From assembly GCA_016182235.1 (NCBI GenBank), contig JACOXT010000003.1, positions 258,209 through 322,208 on the forward strand: 64,000 bases of DNA, read 5' to 3'. Below the pieces are notes generated by a model. The model did no database searches and was not told where the DNA came from. It saw nothing but the letters and a program-made list of their open reading frames with translations. The stretch comes from Candidatus Levyibacteriota bacterium. Lineage in GTDB: Bacteria > Patescibacteriota > Microgenomatia > Levybacterales > UBA12049. Below, in pieces: positions 10,300 to 19,793 of the stretch; within the stretch, counting starts at the first letter, position 1; every line of letters begins with the position of its first letter. Position numbers and translations under genes: made by a program.

Positions 10300-10908
10300 A
10301 TGACCCAAAAACCCAAGACAGATAATGAATGTCTCGCGGAGCGAGATCCTGCTTCGCAGGAGAAAATCACTTCCCAGAAAACAGTATTTAAAACAAAGCT
10401 TTTTAATGTTGAGGAAATAGATTATTTAGATAAAAATAAATACAAGAAGATAGATTTTGTTGCCAAGCGTATATCAACAGTTACAGTATTACCGCTAACA
10501 GATGACAATGAAATTTTTTTAGTGCGTCAATATAGAAGAATGTTAAATAGGACTACGCTTGAGGCTGTTGCCGGATATATTGAAAAACGAGAAACCATAT
10601 TGGAAGCCGCAAAAAGAGAACTTAAAGAAGAGACAGGCATAATAGCAGTACAATGGGAGGAGATAGCAAGAGTAGAAATGGCAGCTAGTGCATTTAATGG
10701 GAAATTACACTTGTTTATGGCAACTGGTTTGGATTATGAAGAATCCACGCCTGATGAAGAAGAAGAGATATCAGTGATTAAAATACCCCTTTTGGATGCA
10801 GTAGAAAAAGTAATGGCTGGAGAGATTAATCATACAGACAGCATGATTGGAATATTAATGCTGTATAAGATAAGAGCTCCAAGAAAAACAAGACAATCAA
10901 AATCATGA
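10300..10908 (+). CDS. NUDIX hydrolase (ADP-ribose pyrophosphatase-like)
   Basis: Nudix box AGYIEKRETILEAAKRELKEETG; LVRQYR. Confidence 0.9.
   Translation: MTQKPKTDNECLAERDPASQEKITSQKTVFKTKLFNVEEIDYLDKNKYKKIDFVAKRISTVTVLPLTDDNEIFLVRQYRRMLNRTTLEAVAGYIEKRETILEAAKRELKEETGIIAVQWEEIARVEMAASAFNGKLHLFMATGLDYEESTPDEEEEISVIKIPLLDAVEKVMAGEINHTDSMIGILMLYKIRAPRKTRQSKS
10332..10361. repeat. 30-bp double-hairpin element inserted in frame in the NUDIX gene
   Basis: TCTCGC-GGA-GCGAGA TCCTGC-TTC-GCAGGA; removing it restores a TGG codon (DNEWKITS). Confidence 0.7.
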
Positions 10909-10938
10909 AAGTTCTATAACTGGCGGTGCTGGAGTTTA
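10905..10938 (+). pseudogene. dead 5' stub of rfbB
   Basis: ATGAAAGTTCT-ATAACTGGCGGTGCTGGA reads MKVLITGGAG with a 1-nt deletion; ATGA overlap with the NUDIX stop. Confidence 0.65.
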
Positions 10939-10991
10939 CCCAGCACCAGCCTTTAGTATTTGGCTTAAGGAAATAAAATTAATGTTAAAGC

Positions 10992-12023
10992 ATGGATAAA
11001 TCTAGAAAAAGAATACTTGTTACGGGTGGTGCTGGGTTTATAGGCAGCAATTTTATTCTTTATTGGTTGAAGAAGTATCCTAATGACAAGATTATAAATC
11101 TTGATAGTTTAACTTATGCCGGGAATTTGGAGAATTTAAGGTTAATTGAGAGAAACCTCAATTATTCATTTGTCAAGGGAAATATCTGTGATTTAGATAT
11201 TGTTGAAAAGTCAATGCAGGGTGTAGATACAGTTGTACATTTTGCTGCGGAGAGTCATGTGGATCGGTCAATAAAAAAGCCCTCAGATTTTATATTAACA
11301 AATGTTGTTGGTACGCAAATATTACTTGATGCGGCTTTAAGAAATGACGTTAAGAGATTCCACCACATTTCTACAGATGAGGTTTATGGGAGCCTTGAAT
11401 TACGCGATACGAATAAATTTAATGAACGAACAAATTATAATCCCAGAAGTCCATATTCAGCAAGCAAAGCAGGATCAGATCATTTAGTAAAGGCATATTA
11501 TGAAACTTATGGTTTGCCAATCACCATTAGCAATTGCTCCAACAACTTCGGACCATATCAATTTCCAGAAAAGATGATTCCTCTTGCGATAACAAATGTA
11601 ATCGAGGATAAAAAAGTTCCAGTTTACGGAGATGGTCTTTATGTCAGAGATTGGCTTTATGTAGAGGATCACTGTCGAGCGATAGATTTAATATTGCAAA
11701 AAGGAAAAGTTGGAGAGACTTATTGTATTGGCGGTTTAACAGATGACATTAACAACCTAACTGTGGCTCGTAAAATACTTAAAATTCTTGGTAAGGATGA
11801 AAACATGCTTGAATTTGTAAAAGATCGTCCAGGGCACGATAGGAAATATGCTATTGATTGGTCAAAGATAAAGAGTGAGCTTGGATGGGGCCCGTTACAT
11901 AGTTTCGACGAGTGGCTTGAGAAAACTGTTGAATGGTACAGAAATAATGAGAGATGGTGGAAGAGATTAAAGACTAAAGAATTCCAAAAATACTACGAAG
12001 AGCTGTACGGGGACTTGGATTAA
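10992..12023 (+). CDS. rfbB: dTDP-glucose 4,6-dehydratase
   Basis: TGGAGFIG, AAESHVDRS, STDEVYG, YSASK and DRPGHD motifs. Confidence 0.96.
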   Translation: MDKSRKRILVTGGAGFIGSNFILYWLKKYPNDKIINLDSLTYAGNLENLRLIERNLNYSFVKGNICDLDIVEKSMQGVDTVVHFAAESHVDRSIKKPSDFILTNVVGTQILLDAALRNDVKRFHHISTDEVYGSLELRDTNKFNERTNYNPRSPYSASKAGSDHLVKAYYETYGLPITISNCSNNFGPYQFPEKMIPLAITNVIEDKKVPVYGDGLYVRDWLYVEDHCRAIDLILQKGKVGETYCIGGLTDDINNLTVARKILKILGKDENMLEFVKDRPGHDRKYAIDWSKIKSELGWGPLHSFDEWLEKTVEWYRNNERWWKRLKTKEFQKYYEELYGDLD

Positions 12024-12054
12024 GTAAGAGAATTTGTAAATTTTCTAAGTGCAA

Positions 12055-12606
12055 TTATTTATTAGGTTTATCCAGAGCATTCTGAGGACGAATAATTTCG
12101 TTAAGAAATCTAAAAGTTTTAGGGGTTCTTCTTTGAGTGATGGTTTGTGATTGAAACTTTGCTCTAGGGAAGAAATCGTAATGCCGTATCGTTAAAATCT
12201 CTACTCCTTCTTTTGTGGTAATGCTGTTTTGGGTACTTCTTCCTTCAAAGAAAAGTTGATCACTAATACTTTGGAATCCCTTATATCTACTTTTGCATAC
12301 GAAAATATAACCTGGTTCATAACCATACATTCCTGCATCATCTGTCAGATCAACGTTAATTTTTGGGCAGTAGATAATTCGTTGTAAAACCTCTGGTGTA
12401 AAAAATTTCCTAAGCTCTTCTTCAGATGGCTCATGCTCTCTGTTTAGCTCAGTGCGGATCTTGTCGTCGCTTGGATAGCCATTTGGTATTTTTAGAAAAG
12501 GTATATCATACTCTTCAATTTCAGGAAGAGGGGAATCAAGATCATTTTTAGGTTGGAATTTCTCTATATCTTTACCTTCGTCGCTGTTCATAAATGTTAT
12601 TAACAT
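12055..12606 (-). CDS. hypothetical protein (start may be the second Met)
   Basis: 183-aa ORF with an upstream TTGACT-17-TATTAT promoter-like sequence; no recognised motif. Confidence 0.6.
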   Translation of the reverse strand: MLITFMNSDEGKDIEKFQPKNDLDSPLPEIEEYDIPFLKIPNGYPSDDKIRTELNREHEPSEEELRKFFTPEVLQRIIYCPKINVDLTDDAGMYGYEPGYIFVCKSRYKGFQSISDQLFFEGRSTQNSITTKEGVEILTIRHYDFFPRAKFQSQTITQRRTPKTFRFLNEIIRPQNALDKPNK

Positions 12607-12714
12607 AATATTAAATTAATTTTAAATAGTCAATGGTAAATTGTCGTACGACCCCCTGGGGTCGAGTCTCGATAAACATCCAAAACCAAGAGATGATTTA
12701 ATTTCCTTAATGAC

Positions 12715-12840
12715 ATGACAACTTTGAGGAAGGCGAAATTACTACAGCACTTGTAAAGGGAATTTTATAAATTGAAAAACTCATTATGTTTTCAGAATCC
12801 GACCGTTTAATAGTTCAATAGTTTAAACTATTGAACTATT
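12715..12840 (+). repeat. diverged copy A of a unit of about 125 bp (copy B at 13769-13890) ending in a 32-bp palindrome
   Basis: Colinear with 13769-13890 at offset 1054; flanked by CGACCCC-ct-GGGGTCG (12649-12664) and CGACCC-cgc-GGGTTG (12856-12870). Confidence 0.8.
12809..12840. promoter_or_regulatory. perfect 32-bp palindrome, candidate TrpR-like operator (site A)
   Basis: AATAGTTCAATAGTTT|AAACTATTGAACTATT. Confidence 0.7.
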
Positions 12841-12982
12841 GTTTATATCGTGCGGCGACCCCGCGGGTTGAGCCTAGTTTTTCACTATCACCGTACTACA
12901 GTGCGTGGTAGTTATACAGATAGAATTACCATTTAACTTATTGGTTGATATTATGTACATGTGTAACAGGGGTTTATGAAGC

Positions 12983-13405
12983 TTATTTATAGTTCTCAAG
13001 CATAACTACTGTGCCATCGGTTATCTTACCATGTGCTTTGGCATCGGCGCTAATTAGTTTGGCATACTCGTCTTTTGCTGTTGCTACAAACAGTGCATCA
13101 TACGCGGCAATATTATAGGCTTCCATAATTTCTATTGTTTGATCTAATATTGCTTGAGATGATTCTTTTATGACTAGAGGCAAAGAAAAAAGATCACTTA
13201 TGCTTTTCTTTATTGCTTCAGCCGGCATGTGCTTACCCTTTTTGAGGGTGTTGATAATCTCAATTATGATAAGACTTGGAACAATCAAAAGGATTACGTT
13301 ACCCAACATGTCTTTGTAAATTTCATGAGCAATCTCAACACTTGATTCATTTTCTTGATTAAACCATTTAAGAACTACAGAGGTATCTACGACGTAAGTT
13401 TCCAT
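12983..13405 (-). CDS. vapC: VapC PIN-domain toxin
   Basis: VVDTSVVLKW, YDALFVA and LISAD PIN acidic motifs. Confidence 0.9.
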   Translation of the reverse strand: METYVVDTSVVLKWFNQENESSVEIAHEIYKDMLGNVILLIVPSLIIIEIINTLKKGKHMPAEAIKKSISDLFSLPLVIKESSQAILDQTIEIMEAYNIAAYDALFVATAKDEYAKLISADAKAHGKITDGTVVMLENYK

Positions 13406-13408
13406 AGT

Positions 13409-13705
13409 TTAGAAATGAGTATCTCTATCGTGGCGTAAGAATTTAGTCAAATTGACACCTTGCTTGCCTAACTTGCTAATCCGTTTCATATCTTCCCATA
13501 TTCTTTCGCCCTCTTCCTTCGTCAACTTTTTTTTGGGATGTTGAGGGTGGGAAATAGGCACACGTTCCACTCTAAACCCAGAGGGTGTAGTCTCAATTTT
13601 TACTGTTAATTCTTCATCATGCCAATTTAAAGCCTCCCTTATTTCATTAGGAACTGTTAACTGACCCCTTTCTCTTACTCTAGTAATTTTCTGTATGTAA
13701 TTCAT
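13409..13705 (-). CDS. AbrB/MazE-type antitoxin
   Basis: RGQLTVPNEIREAL swapped-hairpin motif; directly upstream of the PIN gene. Confidence 0.85.
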   Translation of the reverse strand: MNYIQKITRVRERGQLTVPNEIREALNWHDEELTVKIETTPSGFRVERVPISHPQHPKKKLTKEEGERIWEDMKRISKLGKQGVNLTKFLRHDRDTHF

Positions 13706-13712
13706 ATAAATC

Positions 13713-13741
13713 AGAATATCAGAATAATCGTATTGTGTCAA
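13713..13741 (-). promoter_or_regulatory. sigma70 promoter of the TA operon
   Basis: TTGACA-17-TATTCT overlapping a TATTCTGA direct repeat. Confidence 0.6.
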
Positions 13742-13768
13742 TATGGCAAAGTATGTATAATTGTGTTA

Positions 13769-13890
13769 ATGAAGATTTTGGGGACGGCGGAGCTACCACA
13801 ATATCTGTAAAAGGATTTTTGTAACTCAAAAAACTCACTTCATATTCAAAATCCAGTCGTATAATAGTTCAATAGTTTAAACTATTGAAC
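13769..13890 (+). repeat. copy B: rfbD 5' stub, conserved spacer and palindrome (site B)
   Basis: Starts ATGAAGATTTTGGGGA (16 bp identical to the rfbD start at 14467); ends GTTCAATAGTTT|AAACTATTGAAC. Confidence 0.8.
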
Positions 13891-13897
13891 CAAAGCA

Positions 13898-14356
13898 TTA
13901 AAACTTTTCTCTAATAATTTTTCTTTTAACTAATTCTTTTCCTTTTTTGCTTTTATTTTCAAAAGCTATACTTCCAAAACGTTTTGGCGGAGATAATTTG
14001 ATTAATATTTCTTCTACCTTATCGACTAGCGCTTCTTTGTTTTGTGCTTTTAATATGCTATCGACGACTTTTCTATAGCCGCTTTTTCCGTTTTTTAGCC
14101 AAAAAGAAACGCGCATAATCGTTGCGCGAGAAACTTTTAGCGTATCGTCAATCTCATCGTAAGTTTTCCCCTTAGCTAATAACACTGCTATTGCCAGCCT
14201 TTTTATAAGCATAATTTTTTCTGTAGGGGAAAGCAGATCATCTATAAAGTTCTTAGCCTCACCAGGTGTTCTAATATCTACGATTGTTTTTAAAAAAACC
14301 TGAAAAATTCTGTTTTCTAATTCTTTATCAAGGAATCTTCTGGAGACTTTTGTCAT
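13898..14356 (-). CDS. TrpR-like (YerC/YecD) regulator
   Basis: DLLSPTEKIMLIKRLAIAVLL..G.TYDEI..TLKVSRATI motif. Confidence 0.88.
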   Translation of the reverse strand: MTKVSRRFLDKELENRIFQVFLKTIVDIRTPGEAKNFIDDLLSPTEKIMLIKRLAIAVLLAKGKTYDEIDDTLKVSRATIMRVSFWLKNGKSGYRKVVDSILKAQNKEALVDKVEEILIKLSPPKRFGSIAFENKSKKGKELVKRKIIREKF

Positions 14357-14361
14357 GTTGT

Positions 14362-14401
14362 TATAGTTTAATAGTTTAAACTATTAAACTATATGCGTCA
14401 A
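14362..14401 (-). promoter_or_regulatory. promoter of the TrpR-like gene overlapped by a perfect 32-bp palindrome (site C)
   Basis: Minus strand TTGACG-17-TAAACT; palindrome TATAGTTTAATAGTTT|AAACTATTAAACTATA at 14362-14393. Confidence 0.75.
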
Positions 14402-14466
14402 GATCAAGATCTAGGATTAAGTTACAAAATTTAATAAAAGATTTCTATAGATGATATAATCATTGA

Positions 14467-15345
14467 ATGAAGATTTTGGGGATGGGGTTGAGGGGGCTTG
14501 TGGGATCAAGAATTGTTGAGCGACTTCAAGATAAGTATGAATTTGAATCTTCAGGCGTTGATATAACCAATAAAGACGCAAGTGCTCAAATAAAAGATTC
14601 TAATGCCGCTATAGTCCTTCATTTAGCCGCAAAGACAGATGTGGATGGGTGCGAAAAGGATAAGCCCTTAGGTAGTGAAGGAGAAGCTTGGAGGGTTAAT
14701 GTAGAAGGAACAAGAAATATTGCCGATGCGTGTAGAGAGACTAATAAAAAGTTAATCTATTTTTCAACTGATTTTGTATTTGATGGAACCAAGGACTTTT
14801 ATGTTGAAGATGATACTCCAAACCCGGTAAATTGGTATGCACGGACGAAATATGAAGGAGAAAAAATTGTTCAGAGTCTATCAACGTCTTGGTTAATAAT
14901 TAGAATTGCCTATCCTTATAGAGCAAATTTTAAAAAATTAGATTTCTTCAGAGCAATTCTGAAACGATTACAAAAGGGCGAAAAGGTAAATGCGGTTACC
15001 GATCATATTTTCACGCCAACTTTTATTGATGATATTGTAGTCGCCTTGGACAATTTAATTGAAAATAACTCAACTGGAATTTTTCATGTTGTTGGTAGCC
15101 AAGCTTTGACTCCATTTGAGGTTGCCTCTATTATTTGTAAAACTTTTGGTTACGATCAAAGTCTTATCGTAAGAACTACAAGGTCGGAATTTTTTAAGAA
15201 TAGAGCAACTAGGTCTTTTCAACTACACCTTAGAAATGATAAAATAGCAAGATTAGGTGTAAAAATGAAGACTTTTGAAGAGGGAATTAAGGAGATAAAA
15301 AGACAGATGGAAAATTCGGAATTCAAAATTACAAATACTAAATAA
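14467..15345 (+). CDS. rfbD: dTDP-4-dehydrorhamnose reductase
   Basis: GLRGLVG, AAKTDVDGCE, STDFVFDG and YARTK motifs. Confidence 0.9.
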   Translation: MKILGMGLRGLVGSRIVERLQDKYEFESSGVDITNKDASAQIKDSNAAIVLHLAAKTDVDGCEKDKPLGSEGEAWRVNVEGTRNIADACRETNKKLIYFSTDFVFDGTKDFYVEDDTPNPVNWYARTKYEGEKIVQSLSTSWLIIRIAYPYRANFKKLDFFRAILKRLQKGEKVNAVTDHIFTPTFIDDIVVALDNLIENNSTGIFHVVGSQALTPFEVASIICKTFGYDQSLIVRTTRSEFFKNRATRSFQLHLRNDKIARLGVKMKTFEEGIKEIKRQMENSEFKITNTK

Positions 15346-15441
15346 ATTCTAATCTTCAAAATATCAAATTCAAAACGTCTTGAATTTTGGAAATTGTTGA
15401 TTTGATATTATTTGGGATTTGGTGCTTAAGATTTAGCATTT
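15312..15441. repeat. degenerate heptamer repeat tracts in inverted arrangement
   Basis: AAATTCG/GAATTCA/AAATTAC/AAATACT... followed by TTGAATT/TTGGAAA/...GGATTTG/AGATTTA. Confidence 0.5.
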
Positions 15442-15449
15442 AAATTGTT

Positions 15450-16742
15450 ATGGTTATTACTTTTGTCGGACATGGATACGTTGGGTTAGTTACTGCTTCG
15501 GTCTTTGCTGATTTAGGAAATACTGTTTGGGTTATCGGGCATACCCCAGAGAAGATAGAAAATCTTAAAAAGGGCATACTTCCTATTTATGAGCCAGGAC
15601 TTGAGGAAATTGTTAAAAGAAATGTTAAGGCAGAAAGACTTTTGTTTACTCTTTCTTATAAAGATGCAATTCCAGCTTCAGAAGCGATTTTCATAGCTGT
15701 TGGTACTCCACCCAAAAAAAATGGTGAAGCTGATTTGTCGGTTGTATACGATGTAGCAAAAAAAATAGGAGAAAATTTGCAAGACTATACGGTCGTAGCT
15801 ACAAAAAGCACAGTTCCAGTTGGAACCAATAAAAAAGTAAAGAAGATTATTGAAAGAGCTAAGCCTAAAGGGGTAAGGTTTAACATAGCGTCCATCCCAG
15901 AGTTTTTAAGGGAAGGACAGGCTATTTCTGATACACTCCACCCAGATAGAATTGTGATAGGAACTGATTCAAAAGAAGCAGAAAAAATACTAATTAGACT
16001 ACATAGTCCGATTGACGGCAGTTATGTTTTGACAGATATTGAGACAGCTGAAATGATTAAGTACGCTGCTAATTCTTTTCTGGCAACCAAAATCTCCTTT
16101 GCAAATGCTATTGCTCATCTATCTGAATTAACAGGTGCTGACGGATTGAGGGTTTTGGGGGCGATAGGGCTTGATAAAAGAGTTGGAAGTGAATTTTTGT
16201 TTGCCGGTGCGGGTTATGGAGGAAGCTGTTTTCCAAAAGATGTGAAAGCAATGATCGCGATTGCAAAAAAAGCGGGTTATAACTTTTCTCTCCTTAAAGA
16301 CGTAGAAGCAATTAACCGTGAGGCCATGTTTAGAATCGTTGAAAAATCAAAGAAGCTAGTGGGAGGAAATCTAAAGGATAAAACTATTGGAATACTTGGA
16401 TTATCTTTTAAGCCCAACACCGATGACATGAGAGATGCTCCTTCTATTGTTGTAGTCAATAAGCTATTGGAGGACAATGCGAAAATTAAAGCCTATGATC
16501 CAGTAGCAATGGATAACGCGAAAAATATTTTAAAGAAAGTTGAGTTTCATCCGGATTCCTACTCTGTCGCCAAAGATTGCGACATCTTAATTGTCATGAC
16601 GGAATGGAATGAATTTAGGCAACTTGATTTATTGAGAATAAAAAATTCTATGAAAAAACCAATTCTGCTAGATGGAAGAAATATTTATGAGCCTCAAACG
16701 TTGCGAGAAATGGGATTTATCTACCAGGGAGTTGGACGATGA
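15450..16742 (+). CDS. ugd: UDP-glucose 6-dehydrogenase
   Basis: GHGYVGL, PEFLREG, GYGGSCFPKD and FKPNTDDMR motifs. Confidence 0.95.
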   Translation: MVITFVGHGYVGLVTASVFADLGNTVWVIGHTPEKIENLKKGILPIYEPGLEEIVKRNVKAERLLFTLSYKDAIPASEAIFIAVGTPPKKNGEADLSVVYDVAKKIGENLQDYTVVATKSTVPVGTNKKVKKIIERAKPKGVRFNIASIPEFLREGQAISDTLHPDRIVIGTDSKEAEKILIRLHSPIDGSYVLTDIETAEMIKYAANSFLATKISFANAIAHLSELTGADGLRVLGAIGLDKRVGSEFLFAGAGYGGSCFPKDVKAMIAIAKKAGYNFSLLKDVEAINREAMFRIVEKSKKLVGGNLKDKTIGILGLSFKPNTDDMRDAPSIVVVNKLLEDNAKIKAYDPVAMDNAKNILKKVEFHPDSYSVAKDCDILIVMTEWNEFRQLDLLRIKNSMKKPILLDGRNIYEPQTLREMGFIYQGVGR

Positions 16743-16745
16743 CCC

Positions 16746-16790
16746 TCCTTCGTCCCCCTACGTTAAAGCTGCGAGGGGACTACGGAAGGA
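16746..16790. repeat. intergenic GC-rich palindromic element
   Basis: TCCTTCGTCCCC...GGGGACTACGGAAGGA. Confidence 0.5.
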
Positions 16791-16869
16791 TCATGCTTCC
16801 GAAGCTAAAGTTTTGGAGAAAATTAATTATGATTAAAAAAGATATTTTGGGAAAAAGGAGCGAAGGAGC

Positions 16870-17829
16870 ATGAATAAAGTTCTTATCACTGGAGTGACTG
16901 GATTTGCTGGAAGCTATCTCGCGGAATATTTAGCGAATTTAAAAGAGTATGAAGTTTTTGGAACTTATTTGTTGGAAGAAAGCAAAATAAACATAGATAA
17001 AGTAAGAGATAGAATAAAGTTGATAAAAATAGACTTATCTTCAGAGAACTCCGTTTTCGATCTCATCAAAAAAATTCGTCCCACTTTAATTTTTCATTTG
17101 GCTGCCTTGACTTCACCGGCTGATAGTTTTAAAAACCCAGTAAAAACTATGACGGATAATATAGCGCTTCAAATTAATATTCTGGAGGCAGTCAAAAAGT
17201 ATAATTTACTTAATACTAAAATTTTGATTGTGTCTTCAGCAGATGTTTATGGGTTGGTTAAAAAGAAAGATTTGCCAATGGATGAAGATACGAAATTAGC
17301 TCCAACAAGTCCTTATTCTGTATCCAAAGTAGCTCAGGATTTTTTGGGATTTACATATTATTTATCTTACAATCTTAAAATAGTTAGAGTCAGACCGTTT
17401 AACCATATTGGGCCAAGGCAATCTCCAAATTTTGTAGTGGCGTCATTTGCTAAACAAATTGCAGAGATAGAAAAAAGAAAAAGAAGTAATGTTTTGCGTG
17501 TTGGAAATCTTGAGGCAAAACGAGATTTTACAAATGTGAAAGATATAGTTCGTGCGTATGTATTAGCAATAGATAGAGGAGAAATTGGTGAAGTATATAA
17601 TATTGGGTCTGGTAGGTCTTACAAAATCTCAGATATCCTTGATAGATTGATATCAATGTCAACATCGAAAATAAAAATAGAAAAAGAAGATTCATTAATC
17701 AGACCGAGCGATAATCCGGAGCTATTATGCGACTGTCGCAAATTTGAACGGCTGACCAATTGGCGCCCCGAATTTTCAATTGATGAAACATTAAAAGACA
17801 CGCTAGACTATTGGAGGAATATAATTTAA
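16870..17829 (+). CDS. NAD-dependent sugar epimerase/reductase (Rmd/Gmd-like)
   Basis: [25 protein letters not shown] and RDF motifs. Confidence 0.85.
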   Translation: MNKVLITGVTGFAGSYLAEYLANLKEYEVFGTYLLEESKINIDKVRDRIKLIKIDLSSENSVFDLIKKIRPTLIFHLAALTSPADSFKNPVKTMTDNIALQINILEAVKKYNLLNTKILIVSSADVYGLVKKKDLPMDEDTKLAPTSPYSVSKVAQDFLGFTYYLSYNLKIVRVRPFNHIGPRQSPNFVVASFAKQIAEIEKRKRSNVLRVGNLEAKRDFTNVKDIVRAYVLAIDRGEIGEVYNIGSGRSYKISDILDRLISMSTSKIKIEKEDSLIRPSDNPELLCDCRKFERLTNWRPEFSIDETLKDTLDYWRNII

Positions 17830-17840
17830 AATATTATTTT

Positions 17841-18812
17841 ATGAAAAGAGCCTTAATAACAGGTATTACAGGACAAGATGCATCGTATCTTGCAGAGTTT
17901 TTGCTAAATAAAGGATATAAAGTTTATGGGACTACAAGACGATCGAGTACCATCAATAATGAAAGAATAGAGCATTTACAGGATAAAATTACGATTATTC
18001 AGGGAGATTTGTTGGACCAAAGTTCATTGTCTTCAGCACTTTTAGAAGCAGAACCGGATGAGGTCTATAATTTGGCTGCGCAATCATTCGTTCAAACGTC
18101 ATGGAATCAGCCTGTTTTGACAGGAGAATTTACAGCCTTAGGCGTTACGAGACTTCTAGAGGCGATTAGAGTGGTAAATCCGAAAATAAAGTTTTATCAA
18201 GCATCTTCTTCAGAAATGTTTGGTAAGGTAACAGAGACACCTCAAAAAGAAACTACGCGTTTCCATCCAAGAAGCCCGTATGGTGTTGCAAAAGTTTATG
18301 CCCATTATATAACTGTTAATTATCGAGAAAGCTTTGGTATTTTTGCGTGCTGCGGCATTCTTTTTAACCACGAATCCCCAAGACGAGGAATAGAATTTGT
18401 TACAAGAAAGATTAGTCGCGGTGTTGCCCGCATAAGTTTAGGAAAGCAAAAAAAACTAGAATTAGGAGCCTTAGAGCCCAAACGAGATTGGGGATTTGCC
18501 GGAGATTATGTTGAGGCAATGTGGCTTATGCTTCAGCAGCCTGTAGCTTCAGATTTTGTGGTTGCAACAGGCGAAAATCATAGTGTAAGGGAATTTTTGA
18601 AACTTGCTTTTAAGACGGTCGGAATCGATGATTGGAACAGATATATAATATCGAATAATCCTTCACACATGAGACCCGCAGAAGTTGATTATTTGATTGG
18701 AGATGCAAGCCGCGCTCGTAAAATTTTGGGATGGAGGCCAAAAACGAGTTTCAAAGAACTCGTTGAGATGATGGTTAAGGCTGATCTAGAAATTGAGAAA
18801 AAAGAAAAATAA
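17841..18812 (+). CDS. gmd: GDP-mannose 4,6-dehydratase
   Basis: [26 protein letters not shown] and RPAEVD motifs. Confidence 0.95.
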   Translation: MKRALITGITGQDASYLAEFLLNKGYKVYGTTRRSSTINNERIEHLQDKITIIQGDLLDQSSLSSALLEAEPDEVYNLAAQSFVQTSWNQPVLTGEFTALGVTRLLEAIRVVNPKIKFYQASSSEMFGKVTETPQKETTRFHPRSPYGVAKVYAHYITVNYRESFGIFACCGILFNHESPRRGIEFVTRKISRGVARISLGKQKKLELGALEPKRDWGFAGDYVEAMWLMLQQPVASDFVVATGENHSVREFLKLAFKTVGIDDWNRYIISNNPSHMRPAEVDYLIGDASRARKILGWRPKTSFKELVEMMVKADLEIEKKEK

Positions 18813-18815
18813 TTT

Positions 18816-19787
18816 ATGCAGACGGTATTAGTTGCAGGAGGAGCGGGGTTTATTGGCTCCCATCTATGCAATAGTTTATTGAAAGATAAATATAAAGTTA
18901 TTTGTATAGATAGTTTAATAACAGGGGATAAGAAAAACATTGAACCTCTACTCAAAAACCCAAACTATAAATTTATCCAAGAAGATATTACTAGGCCTTA
19001 TGAAAAATGGTTGTCACCGATAACGAAGAATAGCAGATTGGATTATGTATTTCACTTGGCGAGTCCCGCTTCCCCCAACAAAAAAAGTAAAAAAAGCTAC
19101 ATAAACTATCCAATCGAAACTTTACTTGCGAACTCGTTGGGAACATATAATCTCTTAGAGATGGCTCAAAAGTTTGAATCCAAGTTTTTATATACATCTT
19201 CTTCTGAAATTTATGGAGATCCTGCAATTTCTCCGCAAAAAGAAACATATTTTGGCAATGTTAACCCAAATGGCATACGTTCTGTTTACGACGAAGGGAA
19301 AAGATTTGGCGAGGCAATGACTTTTGGATATGTTAGAAAGTACAATCTGGATGCAAGAATTATTCGTATTTTTAATACTTATGGGCCAATGATGCAGAAA
19401 GATGATGGAAGAGTAGTATCTAATTTTATCAATCAGGCAATAGAAAATACATCTCTTACAATTTATGGTAAAGGAACACAGACTAGAAGCTTTTGTTTTA
19501 TCGATGATATGGTTTTGGGAATAAAAAGAGCAATGTTTTCTTCTCTATCGCGAGGTGAAGTGTTTAATTTGGGCCATACGGAAGAGAAAACAATTTTGGA
19601 GCTAGCTAAGCTTATTAAAAGCCTGACAGATTCCCAATCGGAGATAGAATTTGAAGAATTGCCTGTCGATGATCCGAAGACCAGAAGGCCGGACATTACC
19701 AAAGCAAGAGAAATTTTAGGATGGGAACCAAAAATAACAATAGAAGAAGGTCTTAGGAAAACTGTAGCATATTTTGAAGATTTGTAA
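18816..19787 (+). CDS. UDP-glucuronate decarboxylase (UXS family)
   Basis: HLASPASP, YDEGKR, RIFNTYGP and DGRVVSNF motifs. Confidence 0.9.
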   Translation: MQTVLVAGGAGFIGSHLCNSLLKDKYKVICIDSLITGDKKNIEPLLKNPNYKFIQEDITRPYEKWLSPITKNSRLDYVFHLASPASPNKKSKKSYINYPIETLLANSLGTYNLLEMAQKFESKFLYTSSSEIYGDPAISPQKETYFGNVNPNGIRSVYDEGKRFGEAMTFGYVRKYNLDARIIRIFNTYGPMMQKDDGRVVSNFINQAIENTSLTIYGKGTQTRSFCFIDDMVLGIKRAMFSSLSRGEVFNLGHTEEKTILELAKLIKSLTDSQSEIEFEELPVDDPKTRRPDITKAREILGWEPKITIEEGLRKTVAYFEDL

Positions 19788-19793
19788 ATTAAT

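Noticed and set aside
12723..12770. Alternative-frame peptide (FEEGEITTALVKGIL; FGDGGATTISVKGFL in copy B) as a remnant of a known gene
   Set aside because: Too short to assign; the rfbD-stub frame explains the start of the unit at least as well
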